A stretch of 64,000 nt of DNA from Elusimicrobiota bacterium (GTDB lineage: Bacteria > Elusimicrobiota > Elusimicrobia > 2-02-FULL-39-32): contig JAKFYJ010000021.1 of NCBI GenBank assembly GCA_021730935.1, positions 22,451 through 86,450 on the forward strand, written 5' to 3'. The position numbers and the translations under genes are program-made. Positions 46,678 to 56,500 of the stretch are shown here, piece by piece (within the stretch, counting starts at the first letter, position 1; the number at the start of each line of letters is the position of its first letter). The notes below the pieces were generated by a model that made no database searches, was not told the origin of the DNA, and saw only the letters and a program-made list of their open reading frames with translations.

Positions 46678-48164
46678 AAATGAGATCTGTGTTGATGGCC
46701 TGTTTTTGTCTCTTGCTTTGCTTTCAGGCGCATGGAGATCAGGAGGCAAAATCTGATCAAGAGAAGATCGGCAAAGACCTTCAGCTCGTTCAGGCTTGCC
46801 GGCAAGGATTGGGTTTCATCCTGACTTTCACTTCGAATCGTCCCGGCATTTTTTCTGCTGATAAAAATAACAAGAGCCGTCTGTTCACGAGGCAGGAAAA
46901 AGAAGAGGCCTGGAACTCCTGGAAAATGGTGTCAGATTATTTCCTGGCATTGGATTCCCTGCGCGCCTCTCACAACTATTTTGAGCGTTCGAAAGATGAT
47001 TCCGGCGATGCTTCATTTTTGATCGCTTATGCGGCATTTCTCGCGCAATATCGTTTCGCCCTGGAATGGATTGAGCGGACTGAAAATAATCCGGATCTGG
47101 ACACAATTTTTAATGAACCCGTTCCCGAAATGGGTTTGCCGGAAAATACATACTCCCTCTTCAAGTTCAGGTTTCTCAATGTTGCCCGAGCGACCGAGTT
47201 TGCCGCTTTGGAAACGGTCTATTCGCTCAATAAAGGACGGGGGCATGAGGAAACTCGAAAACTGATCCGTGAAGACGCCGACGCCGTTTGGAAAGCCGGG
47301 AAATTCAGCGGTCAGATATTGACTGCAAAGAATGCATTAAAAATTGTCAAGAAAGCGGGTTTTGCCGCCTGGATGCCCGTGCAAACCGGAGTTTCTGAAT
47401 ACATGGGCGACACGAAGGTTTATCGCAGATCTCTCTCCCTGATTACAGAGATGCAAATTCGATCCCTGCAGAACCTTCTCGAACCCGGAGACATTTTGCT
47501 TGAGCGGAGGGAATGGTATCTTTCCAACATCGGCTTGCCGGGATTTTGGCCGCATGCGGCGCTTTATGTGGGCACACCTGAGGAGCGGAAAAAATATTTT
47601 GAGGATTCGGATGAGAAAGATATTGATGCGCGCCTAAAAAGCAAATACCTTGCCGCTTATCTTCGCGGCCAAGAGCTGTTCGAAGGACATGTTCCTCGGG
47701 TCTTGGAGGCGATCAGCGAGGGGGTCACCTTCACAAGCCTCGAACATTCTGCGTCCTGCGATTCCCTTGCCGTTTTGCGCCCGAGACTGTCCAAGAAGGA
47801 GAAAGCCCTGGCCATCTTGCGCGCATTTCATTATGCCGGCCGGCCCTATGATTTTAATTTTGATTTTCAAACGGATGCGACCCTGGTGTGTTCGGAGCTG
47901 ATCTATAAAGCGTATGAGCCGTCGAACATCGGGAAAGGTTTGAAACTTGGGACGGAAGAACTCTTGGGGCGGCTTGTGACTCCGCCGAACAGCATGGTGA
48001 AGCAATTCGATCAAGAGGCCGAGTCCGGAGACCGGCAGATGGACCTGGTCCTGTTTTTGGACGGACATGAATGGAAAAAATCCGCAGAGCTGTCGGACGA
48101 AAGGGAATTCAGGGAAAGCTGGAAAAGGCCCAAATGGCACATTTTTGTTCAGGGAAAAAAATGA
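46674..48164 (+). CDS. Exported protein with a C-terminal permuted papain-like (YiiX/YaeF, NlpC/P60) domain
   Basis: LEPGDILL, FWPHAALY, EAISEGV, GRPYDFNFD, LVCSELIYKAY, TPP (His before Cys). Confidence 0.85.
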   Translation: MKMRSVLMACFCLLLCFQAHGDQEAKSDQEKIGKDLQLVQACRQGLGFILTFTSNRPGIFSADKNNKSRLFTRQEKEEAWNSWKMVSDYFLALDSLRASHNYFERSKDDSGDASFLIAYAAFLAQYRFALEWIERTENNPDLDTIFNEPVPEMGLPENTYSLFKFRFLNVARATEFAALETVYSLNKGRGHEETRKLIREDADAVWKAGKFSGQILTAKNALKIVKKAGFAAWMPVQTGVSEYMGDTKVYRRSLSLITEMQIRSLQNLLEPGDILLERREWYLSNIGLPGFWPHAALYVGTPEERKKYFEDSDEKDIDARLKSKYLAAYLRGQELFEGHVPRVLEAISEGVTFTSLEHSASCDSLAVLRPRLSKKEKALAILRAFHYAGRPYDFNFDFQTDATLVCSELIYKAYEPSNIGKGLKLGTEELLGRLVTPPNSMVKQFDQEAESGDRQMDLVLFLDGHEWKKSAELSDEREFRESWKRPKWHIFVQGKK

Positions 48165-49189
48165 AATCAATCTTTTGCGCAAGTCTTTTAGTGTTCGCTT
48201 TGAAGTCTATATCCATGGGAGCATCGCTCAAGTCTGGAGAAAGGGTTATGTTTTATCCGTCTTATGGATTCCTCTCATCCAGCGGGATTTGGTCCGTTCA
48301 AATTCATGGCGTCGCATTTGAAGACGAACCGAACTCTCATCTAAGAAAATATTTGGCCAAAAGCTTGGGACATTTGCTGGGCCTGTCTCCGGAGGAAATC
48401 AAGTGCGAAATTTTTCAAAAGCGCGCGTTCTATTTTGTTGAGGACAACAAACGGTCAAGAACCCTGGAGATTTCAATCGCGGGACAACCTTTTAAACTTA
48501 AAAAAACCGGCCCCAACGGTCACATCGAAGATCATGTTTCTCTCAACTGGACGGACCGATCTGAAATGTCAGAGAGTCCTTGGCTTGAATTCCAGTTTTC
48601 CGGAAAAGCTCAGTTGATCAGCCCTCGCGGGGTGTCGGTCATCTCCGACATAGACGACACAATCAAAGTGACGCAGGTGCATGACAGAAGAAAAATGATT
48701 CAGAACACTTTCGTCAATCCTTTTCGCGCCGTCCCGGGCATGTCCGGCCTTTATCGCGGATGGGAGAAGAGCGGAGCCGTATTCCATTATGTCTCTGCCT
48801 CCCCGTGGCAATTGTATGCGCCTCTGTCTGAATGGATGCATAGCGAAGGATATCCTCAGGGGACCTATCACCTGAAACATTTTCGCTGGAAAGACGCCAG
48901 TTTCTTTTCTCTGTTTGAGTCGCCGGAAAAATATAAGGTCGAAGTCCTGGAGCCGATCCTGCAGGAATTTCCAGGAAGGCAGTTCGTCTTGGTCGGAGAC
49001 TCTTCCGAATCCGATCCGGAAGCTTACGGGGTTATCGCAAGAAAATATCCCGGTCAAATCCGTAAAATATACATATTGGATCCCGCAGGCTCAAAAAATT
49101 CAGAGCGCTATGCGGCGGCTTTTAGAGGAGTTCCGGGGGTGGTCTGGGATGTTTTTAGGGATCCAATCGAAATTGAGGGGGGGTTATGA
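48161..49189 (+). CDS. App1-family phosphatidate phosphatase (DUF2183)
   Basis: VISDIDDTIK, VPGM..LY, FHYVSASPWQLY, FVLVGDS.E.DPEAY. ATGA overlap with the upstream gene. Confidence 0.88.
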   Translation: MKSIFCASLLVFALKSISMGASLKSGERVMFYPSYGFLSSSGIWSVQIHGVAFEDEPNSHLRKYLAKSLGHLLGLSPEEIKCEIFQKRAFYFVEDNKRSRTLEISIAGQPFKLKKTGPNGHIEDHVSLNWTDRSEMSESPWLEFQFSGKAQLISPRGVSVISDIDDTIKVTQVHDRRKMIQNTFVNPFRAVPGMSGLYRGWEKSGAVFHYVSASPWQLYAPLSEWMHSEGYPQGTYHLKHFRWKDASFFSLFESPEKYKVEVLEPILQEFPGRQFVLVGDSSESDPEAYGVIARKYPGQIRKIYILDPAGSKNSERYAAAFRGVPGVVWDVFRDPIEIEGGL

Positions 49190-49974
49190 ATATAAAGACG
49201 AAGGTGTTGTTTTTTGGTTTGATTTTGCATTTGGGGTTTACGATTCGATTGTCCGCCTGCGGGCCTTCGTTTCCCATGTTTGGCGGACGATGCACAAATG
49301 AAATGATGATAGCGATCAGAAATGAAATGTCGGACCGTTCGAACGCAATGGGTGAAATTTCTGCGAGGGTAAAGGCTGATCGCGAACTGCATATCAATGA
49401 AATTCTCAGGCTTGCGTCCGGCAGGAACATCAAAAGCACAATGGATTTTATTTCTGATTCCGAGACTCGAAAAAAACTGGAAACCCTCACGCCTTATGGA
49501 TATGCCCGGAGGGCTGAAAGTTTGCGGAGCAAGATGTCGGATAAAGAATGGACGAACATTGTGAATGCCTGGTCAAAATATTTGAATCTTACTTCGAAGT
49601 CATCATCGGCGAGTCCCGGTGATTTTTGCGGAGCAAAGGAAAGTTTAAGTTCGATCGGCACTGACGCTGTTCTGGTTGTCGCAATGCCGATCATGGGAAT
49701 TGCGGCCATGGGCGTCGGTGCCGGCGTCGCTCTTGAGGGTCAAAACGATGGAGCCTTCATCGCGGCTTCGGGACCCCTTTTGGGAGTCGTCGGAGCAGTG
49801 GTGAACGCGCTATACTTGACCTCCGATATCGCTGTTTTAGTTCCCAGTCTTGTTCTTAAACACATGAGCTATGCGCATCTGAAACATTATCTCTACAATA
49901 AACAATCGATCAAGGCTTTCGAAAAGTTCGGAAAGCTGGTCATAAAATATGAAAAGAAATACTCGAAATCATGA
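49186..49974 (+). CDS. Hypothetical protein (possible lipoprotein with a Gly/Ala-rich hydrophobic segment)
   Basis: ATGA-coupled ORF, LSAC lipobox-like motif; no family recognised. Confidence 0.6.
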   Translation: MNIKTKVLFFGLILHLGFTIRLSACGPSFPMFGGRCTNEMMIAIRNEMSDRSNAMGEISARVKADRELHINEILRLASGRNIKSTMDFISDSETRKKLETLTPYGYARRAESLRSKMSDKEWTNIVNAWSKYLNLTSKSSSASPGDFCGAKESLSSIGTDAVLVVAMPIMGIAAMGVGAGVALEGQNDGAFIAASGPLLGVVGAVVNALYLTSDIAVLVPSLVLKHMSYAHLKHYLYNKQSIKAFEKFGKLVIKYEKKYSKS

Positions 49975-50060
49975 AAGGTCCACTTTTGAATTTGAGCCCA
50001 CGCCTGAGAGCGCAGACGGATTTTGGGTTCGCGATATGTCGCCCCGGTCTATAACAGCCA

Positions 50061-50675
50061 ATGAATCCAGATAAGAATCTTCATGTCGGTTTGTGGTTGA
50101 GTTTGACTGTTTTTTTTATCTGGTCCGCCGTCGGATGTCACGATCTTTTCACCTGGTTTTTGGAGGTGTTTCCTTTTATTCTTGGAACGATCATTTTGCT
50201 TTCGGTTTATTCCAAGTTCCGATTCACGCGCCTGGTGTGCTGGCTCTTGTGGCTCCACGCCATCGTGCTCATGATCGGAGGTCATTACACATACGCAGAG
50301 GTGCCGCTCTTCAATTGGATCCGCGACCATTTTCATTTGGCTCGAAACCATTATGACCGCGTGGGGCACTTCATGCAGGGGTTCGTGCCCGCCATGATCG
50401 CGAGGGAAATTCTTTTGAGACTTGGCGTTCTCAAGCGGGGCGGATGGCTTTTTTTCATCGTCGTTTCCATATGCCTCGCTTTCAGCGCATCCTATGAACT
50501 TTTTGAATGGCTGACGGCGGTTTCTTCAGGCGCAAAATCCGACGCGTTCCTTGGCACGCAAGGAGATCCTTGGGACACTCAAACCGACATGGCGCTGGCG
50601 TTGGTGGGCTCCATTTTGGCCCAGCTGTCTCTTTCCAAATCACACGACGCTGCTTTGGAGAAGATCAATGATTGA
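50061..50675 (+). CDS. DUF2238 (YjdF-like) membrane protein
   Basis: TWFLE, IGGHYTYAEVP, RNHYDRVGHF, YELFEW, FLGTQGDPWDTQTDM. Confidence 0.92.
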   Translation: MNPDKNLHVGLWLSLTVFFIWSAVGCHDLFTWFLEVFPFILGTIILLSVYSKFRFTRLVCWLLWLHAIVLMIGGHYTYAEVPLFNWIRDHFHLARNHYDRVGHFMQGFVPAMIAREILLRLGVLKRGGWLFFIVVSICLAFSASYELFEWLTAVSSGAKSDAFLGTQGDPWDTQTDMALALVGSILAQLSLSKSHDAALEKIND

Positions 50676-51615
50676 CGTTCACGTCCACCTGGCCGCTCTG
50701 CCGGACGGCGACAATGGATGCCACATCTCCAAAGAAATGGTTCACGGGGCGCTTTTCCGGTTCCTTTTCTGGAAGCTGGGGATTTCTGTGGATGAAGCCA
50801 AAAAAAGCAATGAGCGTTATGTTGAGAAGCTCGTCAAACTTCTGCGGGAATCCAAACATGTCCGAAAAGCTGTCCTCCTCGGGATGGACGGGGTTTATGA
50901 CGATGCGGGAAACTTGAACAAGGATGCCACGCACTTCATCGTGTCCAACGATTATGTCCTTCAAACCGCAAAAAAATATCCAGACCTCTTCCTTGCAGGA
51001 ATATCAGTGAACCCCAAACGAAAGGATGCGGTTGATGAAATCAATCGCTGTGCCCCGCAAGGCGCGGCCCTCGTAAAAGTCCTGCCCAATTCCCAGGATT
51101 TTGATCCCGCCAATAAAAAATATCTTTCATTTTATAAGGCGATGGCCAAACACAAACTGCCTCTCCTCTCTCATGTGGGATATGAGTTCAGTCTTTGGGG
51201 AAAAGATCAGTCGGTGGGAGACCCCGCCAGAGTCCGCATGGCTCTCGACGAGGGAGTGACGGTGATTGCCGCGCACGGAGCGAGCTATGGGCTTTTCTTC
51301 TATGAAAAATATTGGAACACGCTTCTGGAACTGACGCGGAAATATCCGAATTTTTATTGGGACGCTTCCGCGCTCACTCTGCAAAACCGCGTTGGAATGC
51401 TTTTAAAGATCCGCAATCATCCCGAGCTTCACAGCCGCATGGTCTTCGGGACCGATTACCCTTTGCCCTGCTATGCTTATCCTGCGCTCCTTGCAGGAAA
51501 ACTGTCCGGATACATCGAGCTGCTGCGCACTTCGAACCCATTCGACCGTCACCACCGGCTTTTGGAAATTCTTGGGATTCGCGGAAACTCTGAACTTTTA
51601 AAGGATAAATTATGA
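50668..51615 (+). CDS. Amidohydrolase_2-family metallohydrolase
   Basis: IDVHVH, SVNP.R.DA..E, LLSHVG.E, IAAH, FGTDYP. Confidence 0.88.
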   Translation: MIDVHVHLAALPDGDNGCHISKEMVHGALFRFLFWKLGISVDEAKKSNERYVEKLVKLLRESKHVRKAVLLGMDGVYDDAGNLNKDATHFIVSNDYVLQTAKKYPDLFLAGISVNPKRKDAVDEINRCAPQGAALVKVLPNSQDFDPANKKYLSFYKAMAKHKLPLLSHVGYEFSLWGKDQSVGDPARVRMALDEGVTVIAAHGASYGLFFYEKYWNTLLELTRKYPNFYWDASALTLQNRVGMLLKIRNHPELHSRMVFGTDYPLPCYAYPALLAGKLSGYIELLRTSNPFDRHHRLLEILGIRGNSELLKDKL

Positions 51616-54600
51616 AGACACGAAGCCTTCTCATGCGCGATAAAGGGTTTTTGGCGCTCACCATCGCTCAATTTTGGAGCGCGCTCAACGACAACGCTTT
51701 CAAATTTATGGTCACTCTGCTCTGCATCCAGTGGGTGAGCGATCCCGGAATGGCGAGCCGGTATGTTTCAATCGCAAGCGGGATTTTCGTGTTGCCGTTC
51801 ATCCTTTTTTCCACGCATGCGGGCTATGTCGCAGACCGTTTCAGCAAGCGCTCAGTCGCCATCGGCGCAAAAATCGCGGAAATCCTTGTGATGCTCTTGG
51901 CGGTGGGCGCGCTCCACATGAGAAGTCTTCCGGCCATCATGGCCGTGCTGTTTTTGATGGGCCTTCACAGCACATTTTTCAGTCCCGCAAAATATGGAAT
52001 GCTTCCTGAAATTCTGGACGAAAAAGATCTTTCCAACGGCAATGGGATCATCAACCTTTCCACGTTCATGGCCATCATTTTGGGCACGCTTGTGGGCGGG
52101 GAAATTTTAAACCGCGCTGGGGACAACCTTCAGTATGCCGGATGGATGTTTGTCTTGATCGCTGTTCTTGGAACCGCGGCAAGCCTGTTCATCACTCCCA
52201 CACTGCCCGCGCAGACAACGGAAAAAATGGATTGGAACCCGATAAGAAAATCTTATCTGAATCTCAAGGAAGCGGCAGGGGACCGCGTTCTTGGACTGAG
52301 CGTTGCCGGCACGGGATATTTTTGGCTCGTGGGCGCGCTTCTCATCATCGTTCTGCCTCTCTACGGAAAATTCACTTTAGGTTTGGAAGAATCTAAAATC
52401 CAGTGGCTCCTGGCTTGTCTTTCCATCGGGATTGGGTTGGGTTCGGGCATTGCAGGAAAAATATCCGGAGAAAAGGTTGAGCTCGGACTTGTTCCTTTGG
52501 GGTCCATCGGGCTGGGCATCTTCTGTCTGGACATCGCGTTTGGGGCGCCTTCATTTCTGCGCGGAATGACTGACATCTTTTTCCTTGGAGCTTCCGCCGG
52601 ATTTTTTGTTATCCCTTTAAATGCGCTCATTCAGGCCCGCGCCCCCAAAGAATCCAAGGGCAAAATGATCGCGACCACGAACATTGTGAGTTTCATCGCC
52701 ATCGGGCTGGCTTCTTTGTTGAATCTTGTTTTAACCGATCATTCGCTTTTGGGATTGAGCTCAAGACAGGTTTTTGGCATTGTCGGTTTCGGGACCATTT
52801 TTGCGACCGCCTATGTTCTCTGGCTCTTGCCGGCGGCTTTTACGCGTCTGGTCTTTTGGTTCATCACCCACAGCGTTTACCGCATCAAAGTGATCGGCAG
52901 AGAAAACATTCCGCTTAAAGGCCCGGCGCTTCTGGTCTCGAACCATGTGGCCTATATCGACCCGTTTCTCGTCGCGGCTTCGGTATCGCGGAACATCCGG
53001 TTTTTCATGTGGCGCCCGATCTATGAATTCAAGCCGTTAAACTGGTTTTTCAAAATGATGAACGCCATTCCCATCTCCGCCACCGACGGGCCGAAAAAAT
53101 TCATGTCAAGCATGGAAGAGGCCAGGCAGGCCTTGAGAGACGGCCATGTGGTCTGCATTTTCGCTGAAGGTTCAATCACGCGCTTGGGTCAGACCCTGGG
53201 CTTCAAGAAAGGCGTCGAGATCATTGCGAAGGATTTGGATGTTCCCATCATCCCCATCCACCTGGACCGCGTTTGGGGGAGCATCTTCAGTTTTCACGGA
53301 AAACAATTCATCTGGAAACTGCCGAAGAAAGTCCCCTATCCCGTCACCCTTTCCTTCGGCGGCGCCCTTCCGTCAACCTCGAAAGCTCACGAAGTCCGCC
53401 AGGCGGTCATGGATCTCGGGAGCGCGGCGTTCAACCAAAGGGAAGATTCTCTGATGGCGCTGCACCGCATGTTTCTGAGACAAGCCAAATCGAGCTGGAC
53501 AGGGAAATGCATGGCGGACAGTTCCGGAATAAAACTGAATTATGGACAGACCGTCACTGCTTCTTTTTGGATGGCGCGGCAGTTAAAGAATCGACTGGGA
53601 AAATCGGAGAATGTTGGAGTTCTGATCCCATCAACGGTTCCGGGCGCTTTAGTTAATGTCGCTTTGCCCATGCTGGGGAAAACTCCTGTCAATCTGAATT
53701 TCACGATGTCGGAAGACCTTGTTGGCAAGATCGTTCAAAAAAGCGGAATCGAAAAAATTATCACTTCCAGAAAGGTTTTGGAGGCGCTCAAATGGAAGGA
53801 AGATGCGAGAATGATTTTTATTGAAGACCTTCAGGTCCCGAGCATCATCGTGGGTTCATTTCTATGGCTTCTTTTGTGGGCCCTCCCTTCGTTTCTGACA
53901 GAAATGATATTTTTGCCGCAATCAAGAAAAGGGATTGATGAGGTCGCCACATTGATGTTTACAAGCGGAAGCACCGGAGATCCCAAGGGCGTCATGCTCA
54001 CTCACAGGAACATCCAGTCCAATGTTCAGGGCCTTCAGGAAATCTTTCAGCTGGACTCCACAGATGTTCTGATCGGCGTTCTTCCGTTTTTCCATTCCTT
54101 CGGATTTACAGCCACGATATGGTTTCCGCTCCTGGGAGGGTTTCCGGTCGTTTATCATAAAAGCCCTCTGGAAGCCGCAATGGTCGACCGCTTGATTCGG
54201 GAACATCGCGGCACGGTTCTGTTGGGAACGCCGACATTCCTGCAGATGTGGAGCAGGAAATTCAAAAAGGAAGATGTGGCCAGCGTCAAGTTCGCCATGG
54301 TGGGAGCTGAGAAGCTTAGAGATTCGATAGCCAAAGAGTTTGAAGAAAAATTCAACATCAAGGTGCTTGAAGGCTATGGCTGCACGGAGCTTTCGCCTGT
54401 GGCGGTCACGAGCGCGCTCAATGTCCAGGCGCATCATGAGTCGCAGGTGGGTCACAAATCGGGGAAGGTCGGACGTCCGCTTCCGGGGGTCACAATAAAA
54501 ATCGTCGATCCTGAAACGAATAAAAATCTGCCTCAAGGCGAAGCGGGCCTCATGCTGGTCAAAGGGCCCAATGTCATGAAAGGATATTTCGGCGACCCTG

Positions 54601-55025
54601 GAAAAACATCGCAAGTCATCCTGGACGGATGGTATGTGACAGGCGACATTGCCAGGATTGATGAAGAAGGGTTTATCGAGGTGACGGACCGAATGTCGCG
54701 GTTCAGCAAGATCGGGGGCGAAATGGTTCCTCATATTCACGTTGAAGAAAAAATTTATGAAATGGCGTCGGATGGAGAGGCTCGCTTTATAGTGACCTCA
54801 GTTCCGGACGATAAACGGGGCGAAGCTTTGGCCGTGTTATATTTTAACTATAGCGGTTCGATCGACGCGTTGTTCCAAAAACTTCAATCCACGGAGATGC
54901 CAAAACTCTGGATTCCGGCTCCCGATTCATTTTTCAAACTCGACGAGTGGCCGACCCTCGGCACCGGCAAGGTGGATCTGGCAAGAGCCAAATCCATCGC
55001 AAAAAGCAAGCTCGGGATTGCCTGA
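51612..55025 (+). CDS. aas: Fused lysophospholipid transporter (MFS) / acyltransferase / acyl-ACP synthetase
   Basis: NDNAFK..GYVADRFSKR..FSPAKYG (LplT-like); SNHVAYID and IFAEG (PlsC); FTSGSTGDPKG, EGYGCTE, WYVTGD, RFSKIGGEMV, GTGK (adenylation domain). Confidence 0.92.
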   Translation: MKTRSLLMRDKGFLALTIAQFWSALNDNAFKFMVTLLCIQWVSDPGMASRYVSIASGIFVLPFILFSTHAGYVADRFSKRSVAIGAKIAEILVMLLAVGALHMRSLPAIMAVLFLMGLHSTFFSPAKYGMLPEILDEKDLSNGNGIINLSTFMAIILGTLVGGEILNRAGDNLQYAGWMFVLIAVLGTAASLFITPTLPAQTTEKMDWNPIRKSYLNLKEAAGDRVLGLSVAGTGYFWLVGALLIIVLPLYGKFTLGLEESKIQWLLACLSIGIGLGSGIAGKISGEKVELGLVPLGSIGLGIFCLDIAFGAPSFLRGMTDIFFLGASAGFFVIPLNALIQARAPKESKGKMIATTNIVSFIAIGLASLLNLVLTDHSLLGLSSRQVFGIVGFGTIFATAYVLWLLPAAFTRLVFWFITHSVYRIKVIGRENIPLKGPALLVSNHVAYIDPFLVAASVSRNIRFFMWRPIYEFKPLNWFFKMMNAIPISATDGPKKFMSSMEEARQALRDGHVVCIFAEGSITRLGQTLGFKKGVEIIAKDLDVPIIPIHLDRVWGSIFSFHGKQFIWKLPKKVPYPVTLSFGGALPSTSKAHEVRQAVMDLGSAAFNQREDSLMALHRMFLRQAKSSWTGKCMADSSGIKLNYGQTVTASFWMARQLKNRLGKSENVGVLIPSTVPGALVNVALPMLGKTPVNLNFTMSEDLVGKIVQKSGIEKIITSRKVLEALKWKEDARMIFIEDLQVPSIIVGSFLWLLLWALPSFLTEMIFLPQSRKGIDEVATLMFTSGSTGDPKGVMLTHRNIQSNVQGLQEIFQLDSTDVLIGVLPFFHSFGFTATIWFPLLGGFPVVYHKSPLEAAMVDRLIREHRGTVLLGTPTFLQMWSRKFKKEDVASVKFAMVGAEKLRDSIAKEFEEKFNIKVLEGYGCTELSPVAVTSALNVQAHHESQVGHKSGKVGRPLPGVTIKIVDPETNKNLPQGEAGLMLVKGPNVMKGYFGDPGKTSQVILDGWYVTGDIARIDEEGFIEVTDRMSRFSKIGGEMVPHIHVEEKIYEMASDGEARFIVTSVPDDKRGEALAVLYFNYSGSIDALFQKLQSTEMPKLWIPAPDSFFKLDEWPTLGTGKVDLARAKSIAKSKLGIA

Positions 55026-55108
55026 TCGGACGGAATCGCCTTGACATTTGCCTCCAAAGATGTCATTGTGTTACGATCGCATTAAGCCCTGCCGTTCGAG
55101 GAGATTGA

Positions 55109-55324
55109 ATGCAACAAAACAAGAAACGGGACACAAAAAAAGCAGCCGTCGCCGAAGCCGCGCCCGCAGTCAAACCTGAGTCCAAAGCCAAATCCCCCTA
55201 TATGAGCCGGGGAATTTATAACAACTACGCCAAAGGCATGAAAGAAAAAAATCAGAAACGGCACTCCCAGGGCCTTCAGGCGATTTATATCCGCACTTAC
55301 GAAGAGTGGTCTGACGTTTCATAA
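55109..55324 (+). CDS. Small basic hypothetical protein (71 aa)
   Basis: GAGGAG SD upstream of the ATG; stop overlaps the inferred start of the next gene. Confidence 0.6.
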   Translation: MQQNKKRDTKKAAVAEAAPAVKPESKAKSPYMSRGIYNNYAKGMKEKNQKRHSQGLQAIYIRTYEEWSDVS

Positions 55325-56493
55325 ATAAAGATTATCAGGTCCTCGTCATCGGCGGGGGAGCGGCGGGCCTCATGGCCGCGATTCAAGCAGGAAAACGAGG
55401 GCGTTCCGTCCTTGTTATCGAACATTCCCAAAAAATAGGCAAAAAAATACTCATCTCAGGCGGCGGCCGATGCAATTTCACCAATAAACACGCCGGGCCC
55501 GAAAACTATATTTCAAAAAACCCTCATTTCTGTAAATCCGCCCTCGCCCGTTTCACTCCCCAGGACTTCATCGACCTCGTCGAAAAACACGGCATCGCCT
55601 ATCACGAAAAAAAACTGGGCCAGCTCTTTTGCGATGGACTTGCGCAGGAGATTGTGACCCTGCTTGAAAGCGAATGCCGGGAAGCCGGCGTTGAGATCGT
55701 TGTGAAGACGAAAGTCGAGAAAATATTAAAAGGGCAAAAGTTCGAGGCCTGGACAGATCAGGGGATTTTCACCGGCTCTTCATTGATCATCGCCACGGGC
55801 GGACTTTCCATCCCCAAGATGGGCGCCACCCCTTTCGCTTATCAAATCGCGGAACAATATAAGCATAAAATCATTCCTCCAAGGCCCGGCCTCGTTCCGC
55901 TGCTCTGGAATGAGGAAGATCTTGAGGCCTATGCGGACTTGACTGGAATTGCCGTTGACGCGATCGTGACCTGCGGAAAAAAAACCTTCAGGGAAAATAT
56001 CCTTTTTACGCATCGCGGCCTGAGCGGGCCGGCCATCCTCCAGATTTCAAGTTATTGGGCGGAGGGTCAAACGATCGCGATCAATCTTTTGCCCGATCGG
56101 GACCTGTTTATGGAGTTGAAAGAGAGCCGCGCAAATAAACTGCAAATTTTTGATCTGCTCTGCAAACATTTGCCCAGGCGCGTCGCTCAGAAATGGACGG
56201 AAATATATACTTCTGACAAATCCATCGTCGAGTGTTCCGACAAGGAACTGGAATATGTGTCTCAGCAGATTCAGGAATGGAAATTCGTGCCTGCGGGGAC
56301 AGAAGGGTATGACAAGGCCGAAGTGACCTCAGGGGGCGTGGACACTGCGGAAATTTCCTCAAAAACGATGGAGTCCAATCTTTGCACGGGGCTTTATTTT
56401 GTGGGGGAATCTCTGGATGTCACGGGACAGCTGGGGGGATACAATTTTCAGTGGGCCTGGGCATCCGGGTTTTCGGCAGGCCAGGCCGCTTAA
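55321..56493 (+). CDS. HI0933/YhiN-family flavoprotein (inferred ATA start)
   Basis: In-frame INKDYQVLVIGGGAAGL precedes ATG 55372; GKKILISGGGRCNFTN, LFTHRGLSGPAIL, AEVTSGGV, GGYNFQWAWASG. Confidence 0.9.
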   Translation: MNKDYQVLVIGGGAAGLMAAIQAGKRGRSVLVIEHSQKIGKKILISGGGRCNFTNKHAGPENYISKNPHFCKSALARFTPQDFIDLVEKHGIAYHEKKLGQLFCDGLAQEIVTLLESECREAGVEIVVKTKVEKILKGQKFEAWTDQGIFTGSSLIIATGGLSIPKMGATPFAYQIAEQYKHKIIPPRPGLVPLLWNEEDLEAYADLTGIAVDAIVTCGKKTFRENILFTHRGLSGPAILQISSYWAEGQTIAINLLPDRDLFMELKESRANKLQIFDLLCKHLPRRVAQKWTEIYTSDKSIVECSDKELEYVSQQIQEWKFVPAGTEGYDKAEVTSGGVDTAEISSKTMESNLCTGLYFVGESLDVTGQLGGYNFQWAWASGFSAGQAA

Positions 56494-56500
56494 ACAAATT

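Noticed and set aside
51612-55025. MFS-acyltransferase-synthetase triple fusion as a novelty
   Set aside because: This LplT-Aas type fusion is a known architecture; only its gene context is reported.
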